A stretch of 64,000 bases of DNA from Seison nebaliae (taxonomy: Eukaryota): NCBI GenBank assembly GCA_023231475.1, contig JALJEE010002316.1:62001-126000 (forward strand). Direction: 5' to 3'. The translations under genes and the position numbers were made by a program. The first letter of the stretch is position 1, and the number at the start of each line of letters is the position of its first letter. Below the pieces are notes generated by a model, which saw only the letters and a list, made by a program, of their open reading frames with translations, was not told where the DNA came from and did no database searches. This document shows, piece by piece, positions 26,109 through 38,500 of this stretch.

Positions 26109-29100
26109 TTAAATCAACCAATTTGGTGTCAGTTGCAAATGTTTCAGTTCGATAAATTCTTCGATCTTTCTATTCAACTCTTTCGCTTCCGGTTCGAAAA
26201 TGATACGCACATTCTCCGCCAACCAATGAGTCAACGAACAATTATTCTCGAACATCTTTATTTTATTCCTATATTTCTTCCTCTTCCATTCCGACGTATT
26301 CTCATTACCAGCTAGAGAAAAAAAATAACAATTAAATTATTTAAATTACAGAAACATATTCACCTTGTAATTGATAGGCGAGATAATACAAAGCCGATTG
26401 TGTAGTACTCATAAAAGGATGTTTTGGTTTTAGTCGTCCAACTCTAAACAAAGCCTTCCCAATCGCGTTCGCTACCGTCTGTTCCAAATAGCCTAAGGTT
26501 GGCAGATCTTTTAGACACAATTCCACTTTGGTCGGAGGTAATTTTTTTGGAACTAATAAATTTATATATTTCCATGGTGTCCTATACAATCGATGAAAAT
26601 ATTCGGTTTGTGTTGGAACTATAAAATTTTGAATATTTTAATATAACTTCATAAATTTTTCTCTTTGTATTTCCGAAGCGAAACAATGAAATCCGTTATT
26701 ATATTCCGCAGCAAAATTATTATTTCCTAACACCAAAGCGTCATATCTGTCGTATTTGGGATTGAAAAATGCTTGATTAGCTAAATAAAAATTTAACTTG
26801 CAAAATCCGTCAACATAAGTGACGGAACAAAAACCGCCGAAAACTGGATTGTTCGCATAATTGATAATTTTCGGTAATAAATGGTTTTCCGGTAATGGTC
26901 TGTCTGCCATTTTCCCTAAATATTTCATAGGATCTTCCATGAATTTGTTCGCATACATTTCATTTCGAAAACGATAATACTCATTTCCAAATTCGACGAC
27001 ATGTTGAAAATGTGGAACTAGTCGATTACAATCGATAAGTTCGTTGTCTTTTGTATAGGACACGGGACAATATGATCCGAACGAACATAAACGAGATAAG
27101 ATGGCATCTTTATGAATCCCAAGATCGCTCACCATGGCCGGTTGATCTATTATTTCCGTGAAAAATTTCCATAAAATGAAATTAACAATTAATAATTCAA
27201 ATTTAACTTTTCAACACATTAAAAATAAATTTTCTCAACGATTCCATCCGTTTGAGGACGATATGATGACTGGTGTGCCAGACATGCCAGATACTTTTAG
27301 ATGCATCGATTCTCTCCAAAATTCTGATATCATCATTAAAATAAGAAATGACGGCATTCATTTCTTTCTCCCACAACGAATATTTCAACGCAATTATTTC
27401 CGGTGAATCATGTGCCACATAAAATCTTAAAATTTTTATATCAATATAATAATCAATAGATTAGATGATTTTTATGATGATTTCAAAAGGAGAATAATAT
27501 TAACCGATTTTCACGACTTCGATCGATAATACATCGTTTAATGCATTCATTCGAATTGACATTAAGAGAAAGAACCACATTCGGTATGATATTTGCATCT
27601 CTCATGCATTTCAGTTGTTGGAAGTTAGTTGGAAAACCATCAAAAACGCATCTTTATGAAAAATGATTATTTAACACATAAAAAAATATTATGATAAAAT
27701 GAACCCTCTAGTATTACATTGAGAATTTAGCATGACATATTGTAATCCAAAAATAATCAAGTCGTCCGGTACACTCTCGCCTTTATCCAAATACTCCAAC
27801 ATACTTTGACCGATAGAAAATAATTTTTGTCGTTTCATTTCCCGTTCGTACATTTTTCTCGCGATTTGGAAATCCGACATTGGTTCCGTCGTTTCGAATG
27901 TCACTGGTTCATTGATTAATTGTCGAATAATTCCACCCAGACTAATTCTAACCAATCCGTACAATTCACAAAATCGTAATGCCACTTAAAAAACGGAAAA
28001 TTATTTAAAAGAAGAAAAATCGTTAACATGTCGTTCTTCCGGATTTGGGTGGTCCAATGATAGCAATACGCATGGGGACGGAAGGAAATGGTGCGGATTG
28101 ATCGGTGTATTTGAGAGGATTTTTTTGGAATAACGAACGATTTTCAGCTGAATTGAAATAATAAATTTTACTCTTATAAAGTAAAGGGAAAGTGTTTGTG
28201 GATGGAAATTTGGGATTTTCTCCGACCGTTTCCAATTTGATATTTTCTTCTGAATTCTCTTCATTCTCCGAATCATTTTCATCTATCTCTTGCACTGATG
28301 ATAACTGAATTTTTTTGATAGCTGGTTCCAAATACGGAAAATTCAATTCCTTCACATTCGGTATTGGGAGGACGGTGGTATCGATGGGTGATTGATCTTG
28401 AAATTTCGACAAAGTACAATAACCAATATCTAAGAGATCTTGTGCGACAGTATGAGTAATAATAGTCGATTTTTCCTGCATCGAAATACGATTATCGAGA
28501 TAAAATTGTAATTGTTTCTCAAGTCGTTTCACCATAATCTGTTTATTCGTATTGGTATTTATGAGTTGATAATGTATTCGATTCTCTTGGAAACCTTCTT
28601 GAATTACTGTCAATTCCTCTTCTTGACTTTCGAGTAAAGTTATAATTTCTCCTTTCATTCGTTCTTTAGCATCAATTTCAGTTTCATCAACTTCGTCTGT
28701 CTCCTCATCATCTTCATCATCAGGTAATTCGTTTTGTAACGTCTCTTCAATTTCTTCTGGATCCATTTCTTCCTCTTCTAATTCTGCTCGTCGTTTATCG
28801 ATCAATTCTTGACGTTTCATTTGTTGTTCTTCTCTTTTTTGTGTTCGACGTTCTTGTTTGACTTTTTGATAATTCTTCCAATTTTGTAAACGACCTGGTA
28901 ACAATCTTTTAACAGCATCGATATGTGAATTGTTAAATTGAATGACACAATCAGGAATTAAATTATTCTCCACCATTCCAGTCACATGTTCGGAATTGAT
29001 TGGGCAACCTTCTAAAATAATTCCTCGATTTGTATATGGAGTTTTCGTCCACCAATTACTCAATAATTCAATTACACATTCATTCGATAACATTTCCCCG

Positions 29101-32100
29101 TCTAATAAATAAGTTTTGATCGATTCCTCATTTTCACTCAATTCAACTTTCTCATTCAACGAATCTTTTTTCGAATCTTCTTCTTCCGTCTCATCGTCGG
29201 AGATCATCGGCTCTGCATTCTCATTCAATTCGGCGTTATAAATGTTATCGGTGAAATTTGGCATTCTCTGTTTCATCTTCTCTACGAGATATTCTCGAAA
29301 TTGAATATGAATCAATCCATATTTCTTCGCCAACTCTTTTGCACACAACGACTTTCCACTCGCCTTCGTTCCAATAATGAGGAATTTTGGAGGAATTTTC
29401 AAATCTTTCAAATCGATATAATCCTCCGGATTCTCAGTGAACAACTCTTTATTTTCTTCAGAGAAGAAGTAGTACGTTTTACTTTTATATTTCACTGCTA
29501 ATTCATCATTGACTGGAATGTAAATATGATGATTTTTCAAAGCAACCGGACAATAATTGAATGTGTTCGGACCCAATTGAACTTCTTCGTCTTCCTCTTC
29601 TTCAGCAACTGATTCATCCTCTTCTTCCATTTCATCACCTTCCTGATCTCCCGATAAATCCTCCACCTTAAATTTGAACGGTTCTAAATATTTTTATCAT
29701 CACTCCCATTTATCATCAATATGGAAAATGGTAACTGTAAATCAAATCTCCAATATTATTGCACATGTCAGATGAGACTTCGAGAACGATCGGAGCAAAA
29801 GTTGTCGATACCATCGATTCCGTATTGTGCCATGTATTCATCTGTTTCGTCACTTTCTCAGTGAACTCATTAATCGGTGCCACTGATGGAACTTCATCCT
29901 GGAAAATTTTAAAATTAGAAAAATTTTAAATTGAATTCAAATTTATTCAAAAAAATTTTATATAACTTTAGTATCATAAATAAATGGAGTTTCATCGAAA
30001 TCGATATCTGTTTATGGTAAAAAAAAAAAGTTCAAAAAAAAGCATCAAATATTCCAAAAATATGAACTTGATTCTGCTACATTCTCCAATTCTTCCTCTT
30101 TCAAAGCAAGTTCTTCTTTAATCTCTTCGATCATTGTTTCAGTTTTGTCTTCAAAACAAATTTTGAAAAAAATGTGAGATTTCGAAAAAATCAGTAACTG
30201 ATTTCTGATTTGATATCGTTCAATCTCTCTTCCGTTTCATCGTTCTGTTCTATCTGGACTGGTTGTGGATCTTCTTCCGGTTCTTTCGAATTATCTGATT
30301 CCTGTTCCTTCTCTTCAGTCGACTCTTCTGGCAATGACACTACTTGTTCATTGGGTGCAACCTGTTCATTCGCCGATGAAGTGTCGCCACTTTTCTCATC
30401 TGATTTTACACTTTTCACTTCAAATTTCTCTTTCTCTTCTCTCAATTTATCGAGATTATTAATCATTTCGTCTCGTCTCGTTTGTAAATCGGTAATCTGG
30501 TTACTTATCAAATCTCTCTTCTCCGCACTACCAACATAAAATGATTAATTAATTCAAATTTGAATAAGCAAATCTCTCTAACAGTAATTCATTAACTTTC
30601 TCCACTCTCAATTGCGCCAATCGTTCTTTCTCCTCCTTATCAATCCATTCCTTATTCTCATCATAATATCGTTGTTTAATAATCGAATGATTCGTGTCTT
30701 CGTCTTTCAAGAAAATATATTGGTCAATCAATTTCCGTTTGGATGGATACTTCTCATCTAACATTTGCCAAACATCGCTAGGTATATTGAAATTGTCGAA
30801 AACGAATCCTTTCGTTTCTAAAAAAATATTCTTATTTTAAATTATTAACTGAATTGGGAAGAAACTTGATTTTTCTATACTTTCAATTTTCTTTACAATT
30901 AATTCGAAAATGACTTCGGGTGACAAGGGAGGATCATATGTCTCTTCTACTCGACGAATAGCTTCAAAAACTTCGATTATTTCCGGATGATCATCAGTTA
31001 CCTAAAAAATCATTTTTTAATTTTTAAATTTTAAATTTTAAAAAATAACTTCAAGTAATTTCATGTCACTAATATAAACATATTTCTCAGTATTTCCATA
31101 TAATTCGAATGCTTTCTGCAACGGCATATTTTCATCCATACATGGATCATTTTCGATAACGGCTTGCTCATTCATCAATTTATTCACTTCTAATTCTTTC
31201 ATTTCTCTCGTCAAATTCAATATCTCCTCATCAGTCACATCACTTACATCGCCAGTCTTCACACTATCATTCTCTTCCACTTTCTCTTCTTCTTCTTCTT
31301 CTTTCTCTTCTTCATCTTTCGCTTGTTCTAACGTCCCTTCAACATTCTCTTGTTCTTCACTATCCTCCTGAATTTCCGATGAGATTTCTTGTTGTTCACT
31401 ATACTCCAAATTATCTGAATCTTCCACTTTCGTCTCTTCTTCTTCATCACCTGTCTGATTAGCAGGAACATCTTCATTGAGCTTCTTCGAATCTTCTTCT
31501 ATTTTTTCCTTTTCGATTAATCGTTTCAATTTTAGAATTTGTTTCTTCTTTTGAATTAATTGATCTCTTGCTGCCGATTTCAAATCCGTTTTATTCTTAG
31601 CGATTGCCGTAGAAACTCTTTCCTTTATCTCGTTAATTACTCGAATTTTCGCTCTTTTCAATTCCTCCTCTAAATGAATCCGCTTCAATTCATCAATTTT
31701 CGGTTGCAGCACATCGTCATAATCGATCAATTCACCGTCAAATTGAGACGCCAATACTCGTGAAGTGATCGTCCTGCCTGATTTGTCTGTTCCGCCAACT
31801 GCAAATCTTGGAGGAACAACTAATCGCTCCGAATATTTCAATGGATTTGCCAGAAATTTTTCCCGATTTTCGTAACTCGCTAACAAATAAATTTCTCCTC
31901 GATATCTGAAACATAATTTGAATTGATAAATAATTCGTTAACGACGGAAATCGACTAACACAACAGCATTAATTGGTTCACCTTCCGTACAATTACCTTC
32001 ATATATCGCCACCGGACAATATTTTTGAAATTTACTTCGTTTCCATTTATATTTCGAGCCCAAAATTTTCCTAGTTTCCAAAAATTTGAACAAATCTTCC

Positions 32101-33644
32101 TCCTCTTCGAATTGTTCCAACGACTCATCAGTTCCTTCCTCACTTTCTTCTGATCGTGTCTCCTCTTCTTCTACTTCATCTTCCTGATCTGAAACTTGGC
32201 TTTCCGTTTCTTTCACTTCACTTTTTGGTAGTTTCGGTTTCGTTTCTATTGAGAATAAATAAATTTTTGAAAAACACAAGAAAAATATTGATAAAACTAA
32301 ATAAAGCGATTGGTTTAGGAACAGGACGTACGTGAATTAAACGAGCGATCAATTGTTGGAAAAGATGATCTGCCTCTAAATTTCCATTCAACTGAATAAT
32401 TTGACCCTTCTCAAACACTTTCTTCAAATACATATATTCCTGTGATAAATTCATTTTAATGATTTAAAATGTGGGAATTTGAATAACGTCGAAGACATGC
32501 ATAAAATTCTTTTCATAACATTTGATTTCCATAAGAACATTCGATTCCGTATCTTGTTCTCTGAAAACGAATTTATCTCTCAAATTCTTCATATCCTGTA
32601 CTTCCGTCTGATTACCGTTTTATTGATATAATACCGTTAATATTAATCAATCAAAGTAGAAACTTCATTTTCCATTTCTGATTCATTTAGTCTCATTTCT
32701 TCTTCTTCCTCTTCCTCTTCTTCGACTTCATCAACATCCGTCTCTTTTGATTGTTTCTTCTTGATTTCAACATAGTCACTAATATTAAATTTCTTCAAAT
32801 TCAACATGAAAAATTGAGTTAAGTAGAAAATTTCTTACTTTAATTTGTGTAAATGTTTCATATCGATGAACGATGTGTGTCTCAGGATCCAACATTTGTT
32901 TCGTTCTAATCTCATATAAATCTTTGTTTTCTATCTGTAATTTTTTATTCAATTTATGAATTTTTATTCCATTTTTCAAATGAAACTTTAATATCAATGA
33001 TATAATCGGGAAGAAGTGGCCACAAATGAACGAAATCCAGTTGATTTTTTAAGTCGGTGAAGTTGTTTGCCGTTGACGGGAAATCATCCAATACATATCC
33101 TTTATTTATTTTTTCGTGACTTAAATTTGATTTTCACAATTTTCCTAACCTGAAAACAGAACTTTGGGACTTCTAATTTTCTCGGTTAGAATGGTCATTA
33201 TAATCAATGTGGAAATCGATTCTCCACGTTCCAATAATTTTTTGCATTTAGTTCCGATTTCCGAACCATTCTCTAAATATTCCGCAATTAAATCTTTCGC
33301 TAGTGGAAGGAAAATTGAATTGCCTTTCTTTATTTTCAACAAAGTTAACGATTCAGATAAACTGCTTCATATTCTTCTGCTAATTTCTTAGCTAAGGCAC
33401 TTCTTCCACATCCCGGTTTCCCAATTACCAAGAAACATGGTGGAGTTTCCTGATTTTCTGAAAAAAGTTTTTTGACAGTCGGTGGAATCCAATAACGAGT
33501 CTGACTAGTCTATAACATATACACAATTTGGAATAATTTATAGAAAATATTTAAATTATTATTCAATTCAAATATTTTAACTTGAATCACAGAATCGGCG
33601 TCGTCACTCCTCAATTCGGTGATTTGAATTGCTTTGCTCTCCAT
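26109..33644 (-). CDS. AK9: Adenylate kinase 9 (multi-domain ciliary/flagellar AK), about 24 exons
   Basis: Traced from ATG 33644 to TAA 26109-26111 through 23 short introns. Four P-loop-like motifs (GKPGCGRS, GTDKSGRT, GTKASGKS, GPPKSGRT), repeated YCPV/YHS-like modules and the C-terminal LPTLGYLEQTVANAIGKAL..VGRLKPKHPF signature. One junction (about 32760-32840) is ambiguous. Confidence 0.92.
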
Positions 33645-33714
33645 TCAATTATTAGAATAAAACTAATTTCATTATTTTACTAAATCAGTTGTTAATTATT
33701 CGTAACTCGTTCTA

Positions 33715-33727
33715 GTGATATAGCAAC
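33715..33727. promoter_or_regulatory. Possible RFX X-box upstream of AK9
   Basis: GTGATATAGCAAC has one good half-site (TAGCAAC) and one imperfect half-site. It lies about 70 bp upstream of the ATG of a ciliary gene. Confidence 0.3.
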
Positions 33728-34185
33728 AATTATCCTAATCAATTTCACTAAAATTGACAATTTGGAACTTGATCTCTCAAATTAATTTTTCAGCTTATTC
33801 TAAAATCTGCCAAACTAATTGAAATTATGTGTATATGAATAAAACTTTTAATATTTCTTTTCAATTCTTGTTGCATGTTCTTCCAATATGGACTTATAAA
33901 TTTATAAAATAATTGAAAATAATATATATATAGAAGTTAAGAGAAAGAAGTTTTATTTAAAATCTGAAATGTATGAACAAATGTTTGAGTAATAATAATA
34001 ATAATAATTTATGTGTAAAAATTAATTGTGTATACACTGGATGTGGAGTATAAATAGAAGCGAAATTGAGTAGACTTTAGTAGTTTTACTTTTAGTCTTT
34101 TTTTTAGTTTTATTAGTTTAGTTTTTTTTGTTTTTCTTTTTCATTTTTTCTACTGTTCCAAATAAGATAAGTAATTTCATTAGTC

Positions 34186-35115
34186 ATGCAAAATGAAGTG
34201 ATGATTGCAATTATCTTGGCGATTCAATGCCTCCTCGTCTTACCAACGATTATCATTCCTCTCTTACAACTCTTCACACTGAAACGATTATGTGAAAGGA
34301 CGAAGTGTCTGAAAAGTATCAAACGATTATTGAAACAACATTTGGAAAAGAGGACGAAAGACATAATTTTCATAAATGATCTTTATCAAAAATTAGGAAT
34401 AGGGAACGTGAAACAACAAACGTCAATAGGAGAAATGAAGAAAGTGATGGAGATAACGGAAGTTATGGATGAGAAAGAGACGAAAAGTCTCTCTTGTAAG
34501 AAGGAAGTAGTTGGTAAGAAACGAGGAAAAAAGGTGAATTTTTGTCCAATCGATGAACAAATGTCCACTGTCATCTTCAATCATTCATTCCAGTCCTTAA
34601 AATTGGAGCGAATTGTTCCCATCAAATTCTTCATGAGTCTCTTACTCTCATATTTCAAAAAATATCATTATCGAAATATTTATAAGAAAATTAAGAGTCA
34701 TAAGAAAGATTACGACGCATTATTCCATGCCGACGAATTACTAAGATTAACGGAAGGAAGAATTCTCTTCGAAATAATTTCAAAAAAATTCAATTCTTAT
34801 CGAAGAAATAATATGATTGCACTCATTCCACCTAAATCTATCATCCAATATCGATATAAAGTACTCGAACATTACTTACAAATATGTCTACAACGTTTCC
34901 AGAAAGAATATTCAGCTTATCTCAATCGCTCACGAACTACCTCCATCAATTATTGTCCAATGACGAAAACGAACGAAAGAAAAGAAGAAAAACCTTTCAA
35001 AATTAATACTCGAGAAATGAAGAAGAAGAGGAAGCAACGTAAAGCGCAAAGACAAATGAAAAGGCCGAAATATTTCGACATTAACATTGCCCGTTACCAT
35101 TGTCTGCCTTTGTAA
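34186..35115 (+). CDS. Hypothetical basic protein with N-terminal hydrophobic (signal/TM) segment
   Basis: A 309-aa uninterrupted ORF in AT-rich DNA is unlikely by chance. Residues about 5-30 are hydrophobic and the rest is Lys/Arg-rich. No family recognised. Confidence 0.6.
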   Translation: MQNEVMIAIILAIQCLLVLPTIIIPLLQLFTLKRLCERTKCLKSIKRLLKQHLEKRTKDIIFINDLYQKLGIGNVKQQTSIGEMKKVMEITEVMDEKETKSLSCKKEVVGKKRGKKVNFCPIDEQMSTVIFNHSFQSLKLERIVPIKFFMSLLLSYFKKYHYRNIYKKIKSHKKDYDALFHADELLRLTEGRILFEIISKKFNSYRRNNMIALIPPKSIIQYRYKVLEHYLQICLQRFQKEYSAYLNRSRTTSINYCPMTKTNERKEEKPFKINTREMKKKRKQRKAQRQMKRPKYFDINIARYHCLPL

Positions 35116-35566
35116 AATGCATATGATAAGTAGAAAGAAAAGGGAAAAAGATGAGTAAGTGACAAAAGTTGATTTAAACTTAAAATTTGAAATAAAAAAA
35201 ATAAAAAAATTTTACAAATCACTAATTGTGAGATTTGAAGTGCGTAAACAAATTACTTTTAAATATAGCCCATCCATGTTGAGAGGTTCTTTGTGTATAA
35301 AAGGAAACGGAACAATTTGGAAAAAGATTCAGTTGCCTTTTCTCATTTACATTTGTGTCGTGTCCAAATTTGATTGAGAAATATTTAAATAACGAGAAGA
35401 TTTTCGTACATGTGAAAATCGGACTGAATCCAAATAAACATCAACAAATAAAATATATAAAATTAAAAAAAAATATTATTGAATGAATCATCAGAATCGA
35501 CAAGTTGTTTCTATTTTGATCAACTAACGATAATATTTCTCACGACCACATTAATCAATTGTCGTT

Positions 35567-38500
35567 ATGGCATCGATAAATGCACAAATATCTGATTCGG
35601 CTGCTCCTTATCGGACAGTACATCAGGTACAATTTGGCGTACTCTCACCAGAGGAGACTCGAGAGATGTCGGTTGCTGAAATTCAATATTGTGAGACAAT
35701 GGAAGGTGGTCGTCCGAAATTAGGAGGATTAATGGATCCCAGACAAGGACCGGTCGATCGAACATCACGATGTATGACATGTTCGTGTAATACGACGGAT
35801 TGTTGTGGCCATTTCGGTCATATTCAATTGGCGAAACCGGTTTTCCATATTGGATGGTTAACGAAAACTATTAAAGTGTTGAGATGTGTTTGTCATTTCT
35901 GTTCGAAATTATTGATCAAATCAGATCGACCTGAAGTTCTCGCCATTGTAGCAAAGACGAAAAATGCTCCACGAAAACGATTGGAAATGATTTATGATTT
36001 ATGTAAATCCGTCAAAATTTGCGATGTTGATAGTGACGAATCGAAAGAGAATAAGATCGACGAAGAAAGATGTGGAAAACGGCAACCGGTATTAGCACGT
36101 GATGGATTAGATGTGACATTCAAATGGAAGAAAGATAAAGATGAAAATAATGAAGATTATGATACGAATGATCGATTGTTATCGGCAGAACGAGCATTGG
36201 AAATTTTGAGGAAAGTGAGTGATGATCATTCGTTGATTTTAGGATTCGATCCAAGATTTAGTCGACCCGATTGGTTGATTCTCACAGTTATTCCTGTCGC
36301 TCCTTTATGTGTCCGTCCTCAAGTTATTTCATTCGGTACACAACGTTCTCAGGACGATATCACCCATAAATTGGCCGATATTATAAAATCGAATCAACAA
36401 CTTCAACGAAATGAGAGAAGTGGAGTAGCGGAACATATCATTCAAGAAGACATCAAAAACCTCCAATATCATGTAGCAACAATGATGGATAATGAGATTC
36501 CACGAGTACCACCAGCAATTCAAAAATCTGGTCGTCCATTAAAATCAGTGAAACAAAGATTGAAAGGAAAAGAAGGTCGTATTCGTGGAAATTTGATGGG
36601 TAAACGAGTGGATTTCTCAGCTCGAACTGTTATTACTCCAGATCCGAATTTAGGTATTGATCAAGTTGGAGTGCCTAAATCGATCGCTCAAAATTTGACA
36701 TTTCCTGAATTGGTCACACCATTTAATTTACAACAAATGAATGAATTAGTTTCTCGAGGTGATATGTATCCAGGAGCGAAATATATTATTCGAGATACGG
36801 GCGAAAGAATTGATTTACGATTTCATCCGAAAACGACAGAAATCCATTTGAAATATGGTTATATCGTGGAGAGACATATGATCGATGATGATCTCATTGT
36901 TTTTAATCGACAACCAACACTCCATAAAATGTCAATGATGGCACATCGTGTCAAAGTTCTACCATGGTCAACATTCCGTTTAAATCTCTCAGTAACGACA
37001 CCATATAATGCTGATTTTGATGGTGATGAAATGAATTTACATCTTCCTCAAAGTGTTGAAACAAGAGCGGAATTATCTCAATTGATGATGGTACCACGAA
37101 TGATTATCACTCCACAATCAAATCGTCCAGTTATGGGAATTGTTCAAGACACATTGACAGCTGTAAGGAAAATGACGAAACGAGACGTTTTCATTGAGAA
37201 AGAAGATATGATGAATCTTCTCATGTTCCTTCCAGGATGGAATGGTGAATTACCACAAGCAGCAATTTTGAAACCGAAACCGTTATGGACAGGAAAACAA
37301 TTATTCTCATGTATCATTCCAGGAAAAGTGAATTGTCAACGAACTCATTCCACACATAATGACAAAGAAGACGAATCCGAATATAAATGGTTAACACCAG
37401 GAGATACGAAAGTCATCATCGCTAACGGTCATTTAATTTCAGGAATTCTTTGTAAGAAAACTTTAGGTCCAAGTGCTGGTTCTTTGATGCATGTCGTTTT
37501 TATGGAATTAGGATATGAAGTTGCCGCACAATTTTATCGTGCTATTCAAATGGTAGTGAATAATTGGTTATTGATTGAAGGACATACTATAGGAATTGGA
37601 GATACAATTGCTGATGCGACAACTTTTGAAAATATTCAACAATATATTCAACATGCTCGTCGGAAAGTTGACGAAGTAATCGAATCAGCTAATCAAGATA
37701 AATTGAGATTAACACCAGGAAATACATTGAGACAAACATTTGAAAATGAAGTGAATAAAGTATTAAATGCAGCATCGGAGAATACTGGTGGTTGTGCTCA
37801 ACAATCGTTAAGTGAATTCAATAATTTTAAAGCGATGGTAGTAGCTGGATCGAAAGGAAATAAAATTAACATTTCTCAAGTAATCGCTTGTGTGGGACAA
37901 CAGAATGTGGAAGGAAGACGAATACCATTCGGTTTCCGTTGTAGAACATTACCACATTTCACGAAAGATGATTATGGACCAGAATCACGTGGATTCGTTC
38001 AAAATTCTTATTTAGCTGGATTGACACCGACTGAATTCTTTTTCCATGCAATGGGTGGACGTGAAGGATTAATCGATACGGCCGTCAAAACGGCAGAAAC
38101 GGGATATATTCAAAGACGATTAATGAAAGCGATGGAGAGTGTGATGGTGAAATATGATAATACGGTAAGGAATTCAAATGAACAATTAATTCAATTCCGT
38201 TATGGAGAAGATGGATTAGCTGGTGAACATGTGGAATTTCAAAAATTACCCACACTCTTACCATCAAATAAAAATTTCGAACGACGATGGAAATTTGATT
38301 ATACGAACAATAAAATTTTAAGAGATCATCTCGTCGATGATGTCATCACGAATATGCATGATGATAATCGAACGGTTAATTTATTCAATATCGAATGGGA
38401 TCAATTGAAAGAGGATCGAAATCATATTAGAAGTATTTTCAAGACGGCTGATCCAAATGTGGTTCTTCCTTGCAATTTATATCGATTGATCGAAAATGCT

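Noticed and set aside
32760..32840. Possible non-canonical splice junction in AK9
   Set aside because: The TAG acceptor gives the wrong phase, but a GTAAGA or GTTGAA donor with a downstream AAG acceptor restores the frame, so no non-GT-AG intron is needed.
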